A stretch of 64,000 nucleotides of DNA. It comes from Sphyrna mokarran (taxonomy: Eukaryota). Position 1 is the stretch's first letter. Each line of letters opens with the position of its first letter. The notes under the pieces are model-generated. The model did no database searches and was not told the DNA's origin. It saw nothing but the letters and a program-made list of their open reading frames with translations. The stretch is from positions 43,710,001 to 43,774,000 of the forward strand of contig JAGIQG010000011.1 of NCBI GenBank assembly GCA_024679065.1, given 5' to 3'. Shown piece by piece: positions 60,096-64,000 of this stretch. Both the position numbers and the translations under genes were made by a program.

Positions 60096-61869
60096 AGTAG
60101 TGACAACTGGTACGGATTATAGCCCCCCCTCATTTGTAAAGAGCTTTTTGCATACACTGCCCATGCTAATGCAATCTGCAATTTACTACCTGGTTTAACT
60201 GCCAAAATTTTATGTAGCATATCATCTCCAACTATCTGATTCCTTTCACAGAGGCCTTTGCTGAATGGACTTTCCACAACAGTGTGCATTATTACAATAT
60301 TTAAATTTTCACACCTATTTTGAAATTCATCATTTGTGAATTTACTCCCATTGTCCATCAAAATTTAGACCATGCCTTCAACCCTGTTCCAATCCGCTGA
60401 TTCATAACTTATAATAATGTTTTTTCTCTGCTGTAAATCACTGTAGATATACTAAACCTGCTGACCATGTCCACAAAGTGCAATAAATAGATGCCTTTGT
60501 CTCATATCTTCAGATACATCGTTGTGATCTCATAACTGGACATGAAGTTGGTTCTTTTTTAATTTATGCAAATTTCACACTGGGCTGATATTTGCTCTGT
60601 GAAATCATTATATTCTTGTCTAGCATATTTGCATCTTGCAGTAGTGTTCTCAGTGTTCGTGGTGCTGGATGAGCAAACTGCTTATGAAGTTTCAAAATAA
60701 TCCTTTTGTCTATCATGCTGTTGTGTGTAAGCAACACCAATGTGTCATAAATCCTTTGGACTGATAATTTTGGTTTGCTTAAGGGAAAACAATAGTGGCC
60801 AGATCTTGTTAAATGTAGGTCTACACCTTTTTCCAGCTACCACAGTTTTACCCTGCTTCAAATGGATGCTCATCTTGGCTTAACAGCAAAGGTTATCATC
60901 ACATCCATACTTATGATAAGCCAATTTCTGCAATCCTTCAGGGATGTACCACTTTTCAGAAGTCATTAAAGTATTGTCATCTCCAACTCAAGAGCAGGTA
61001 GAACTATCATATTCTTTCACATTCTTTTGATCTTTATGATCAAGAGATCCTAAGTAACGATTCAGCCAACCTTGGCCACAGACAGTGGATGTACATCCAC
61101 TATCCAAAGCAACACAGTTGAAAGAATCTATCTCCTATTATTGAGTTGGTTGTTACCAAAACAGTGCCTTCTTGATCCTCACCTTTGTCACTGTCAGTTT
61201 CTATGTATTCTATCATATGTAGTTTCAAAGACAAAATTTCTTCTTTTCAAACAGTTTACTACATAGTGGTATGGGGAATTGCATTGAAAACAGCTATTCA
61301 CAATCCCTTTAGCATTTCTTCAATTTAAATGTCTTTTATCACTTTCCCATATGCATCTTCTTTCCCGATTATCAAATCGATTATATTTGGTTTCAACGCT
61401 AGATCTGTAACTAGCATAATTGTCTCTATTTAAAGGCCTTCTTGTACCATTTGGTCTGACACATTGCGGAGCTACCATTGACTCCTTCATTTCGGGTGTT
61501 GTGGCATTCTTATTTGCAATGAAAAGAGTGGTGGGGAACAGTTGTTTCCTGAAAAGCTTTTTTAATGATGCTGTTATTTGATCAAAAGGGGTTTGTTCCT
61601 CTTAATTGTAGTCCAGTCATTACTAGAAGAGCCTCCATTTGTGACAGACATGCATAGTCTAACAACTTAAAGGCCAATACTGCATCTGGAATCTCCAAGT
61701 TAAATTTCATGAATCTGTCAAGGCCCCTATCAAGTAATCTATTCACCCACAGACTGCTTATCTTGTGTTCTAATCCTGTCAAACACCATCCACCCTCATA
61801 ATTTCCCAAGAACCCTTTTTTTGGTAAAACTAGTCTAGGTATCTAGTCTAAGAACTAGTCTAGTAACTA

Positions 61870-64000
61870 GTCTAAGAAATAGGAGCAGAAATAGGCCATT
61901 TGGCCTCTCAGGTCTGCTGCACCATTCAATAAGATCATGGCTGATGTTTTTGTCTCTATTTAAAGGCCTTCTTGTACCATTTGGTCTGACACGTTGCGGA
62001 GCTCCCATTGATTCCTCCATTTGGGTGTGTGGCATTCTGATCTGCAATGAAAGGAGTGATGGGGAACGATTGTTTCCTGAAAAGCTTTTTTAATGATGTT
62101 TTTTGATCAAAAGAGGCTCTGTTTCTCTTAATTGTAGTCCAGTCATTGCTAGAAGAGTATCCATTTGTGACAGACATGCATAGACATGCTCACCATAACC
62201 CTTAATTCCTTCACAGTTCAAAAATCTTATCTATCTTTGCCTTAAAAACATTCAACGAGATAGCCGCAATTGCTTCACCAGGCAAGGAATTACACAGATT
62301 CACAACTTTTTGGGTGAAGATGTTCCTCCTCAACTCAGTTCTCAATTGCTGTGCCTTATTTTGAGGCTATACCCCTAGTTCTGGTTTCACCTGCCAGTGG
62401 AAACAAACTTCTTCTATTTGTCTCTTCCCTTCATAAATTTATATGTTTCTATAAGATTACCCACCCTCCCCTCATTCTTTTAAATTCCAATAAGTATTGT
62501 CCCAGTCTACTTTTCCTCATAAGTGAACCCTCTCAACTCTGGAATCAATCTAGTGAATCTCCTCTGCACCCTCACCAATGCCAGTATATCCTTTCTCAAA
62601 GAAAGGAGACCAAAACTGTACACATTACTCCAGATGTGGCTTCACCAGTACCTTATACAGATGCAACATAATGTTCCAGTTTTTAAACTCCATTCTTCTA
62701 GCAATGAAGGACAAAATTCCATTTGCCTTCTTAATTAATTGTTGCAACTGCAAACCAACATTTTATGATTCATGCACAGCGATACATGGTGACAGGCTAG
62801 CAAACTATTCCAAAAAGTCTGTTTGATGAAACAGACATAAGCATGTGCTTTGTCTACTCCTTACACCACTAGGTTTGCAACAATTGTAAATTGCATGCTG
62901 CAATTTTTTACCATTTAAATAATAGAACATTTTGCAGTTATTCCTACCAAAATGGATGACTTCAGATTTACCAACATTGTACTCCATCTGCCAAACTCTT
63001 GTCCACTCAATTCATCTCCCTTTATAAACAGTCAGTATCCTTTTCACACTTCGCTGTACACTCATCTTGGTGTCATTTACGAATTTTGACACACTACTTG
63101 ATTCCCAACACCAAATCGTCTATGTAAGTAATTGCAGTCCCAACACTGATCCCTGAGGCACACCACTAATCACTGATCGCCAACTAGAAAACCACCCATT
63201 TATCCCCAGTCTAACCAATTCTCACTCCATGCTAATACGTTACCCGTAACACCATGTACCTTCATCTTATACTCCAGCCTTTTCTGTGGCACCTTGTCGA
63301 ATACCTTCTGAAAATCCAGGTACAAGTCTGCCAGTTCCCCATTGTCCACGATGTTCGTAATGTCCTCAAAGAATTCCACTAAGTTAAACATGATCTGCCT
63401 TTCATGAACCCATATTGTGTCTTCCCATGGGACAATTTCTATCCAGATATCTCGCTATTTCTTCCTTGATGATAGATTCAAGTATTTTCCCCGCTACAGA
63501 TGTTAAGCTAACTGGCCTATAGTAATCTGCCTTTTCTCTACCTCCATTTTTAAACAGTGATGTATCATTTGCTGTTTTCCAATCTGCTGGAAGTGCCCAA
63601 GAGTCTGGTGTATTTTGATAAATTGCCACGCGTGCATTTGCTATTTCCATTGCTTTTAGTACTCTGGGATGCATTCCATCAGGGCCAGGAGATTTGTGTA
63701 CTTTTAGCCTATTAGCTTACCAAACATTGCTTCTTTAGTGATAATGATCGTTTCTAAGTCTTCACTTGCCACAGCCTTTTTGTCATCAGTTATGGCACGT
63801 TATTTATGTCTCCCAATGTGAAGACTGACACAAAATACATCTTCAGTGCCTCGGCCATTTCCTCATTTCCCATTATAACCACCCCTTTCATCCTCTAAAG
63901 GACGAATGTTTACCTTGGCCTCTCTTTTTCTTCTCTCATATATTCTAGAAACTTTGCTATCTGTTTTTATATTCTGAGCTAGTTTACCATAATCCATCTT
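61870..64000 (-). mobile_element. CR1 ORF2 3' part (continues past window end)
   Basis: [38 protein letters not shown]; tail taagaaataggagcag. Confidence 0.9.

Larger units (their letters stand above)
57000..61720 (-). mobile_element. Ty1/copia LTR retrotransposon relic (GalEa-like)
   Basis: Minus-strand order: gag (DAVLAFKLL; CFQCNSPYHYVVNC), PR (LDSGCTS), IN (DNGSKF...ESPFSKGLCERN), RT (IDIKAAFLQG; GLSDASRVWY; HIIDFLW), RH (FSDASHANL; EKRLRIDL), PPT, LTR starting TG at 57199. Confidence 0.85.

Noticed and set aside
1-64000. CRISPR arrays or prokaryotic operon-type systems
   Set aside because: No regularly spaced repeat-spacer array; the sequence is spliced vertebrate DNA.

Overview
Eukaryotic, repeat-rich vertebrate DNA; the repeat repertoire (HE1/V-SINEs, DeuSINE, HER1/CR1 LINEs, Rex1/Babar, Penelope-like tails) points to a shark or ray. 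The whole window lies inside one + strand gene for an axonemal outer-arm beta-type dynein heavy chain (DNAH9/11/17 group, closest to DNAH11). Nine GT-AG exons (2400-2573 to 45714-45837; 1531 nt, phases all compatible) encode the AAA2 end, AAA3 (GNAGVGKT) and the AAA4 start (GVGGSGKQ). The introns are mosaics of nested mobile elements. Most notable: (1) a decayed ~0.7-1.1 kb minus-strand segment near 970-2060 that by eye resembles a hepadnavirus core gene plus the start of the overlapping polymerase terminal protein, a possible endogenous hepatitis-B-like virus (needs a profile search); (2) two independent Penelope-derived ~200-bp fold-back insertions with TSDs whose inversion point sits next to a hammerhead-ribozyme core; (3) a GalEa-type Ty1/copia relic with gag-PR-IN-RT-RH-PPT-LTR; (4) a CR1 subfamily, present twice, carrying a whole V-SINE inside its 3' UTR; (5) an unidentified ~2-kb intronless coiled-coil gene relic; (6) two local templated duplications. 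All family assignments come from motif recognition by eye; no searches were run, and repeat boundaries are approximate unless a TSD or splice site is quoted.
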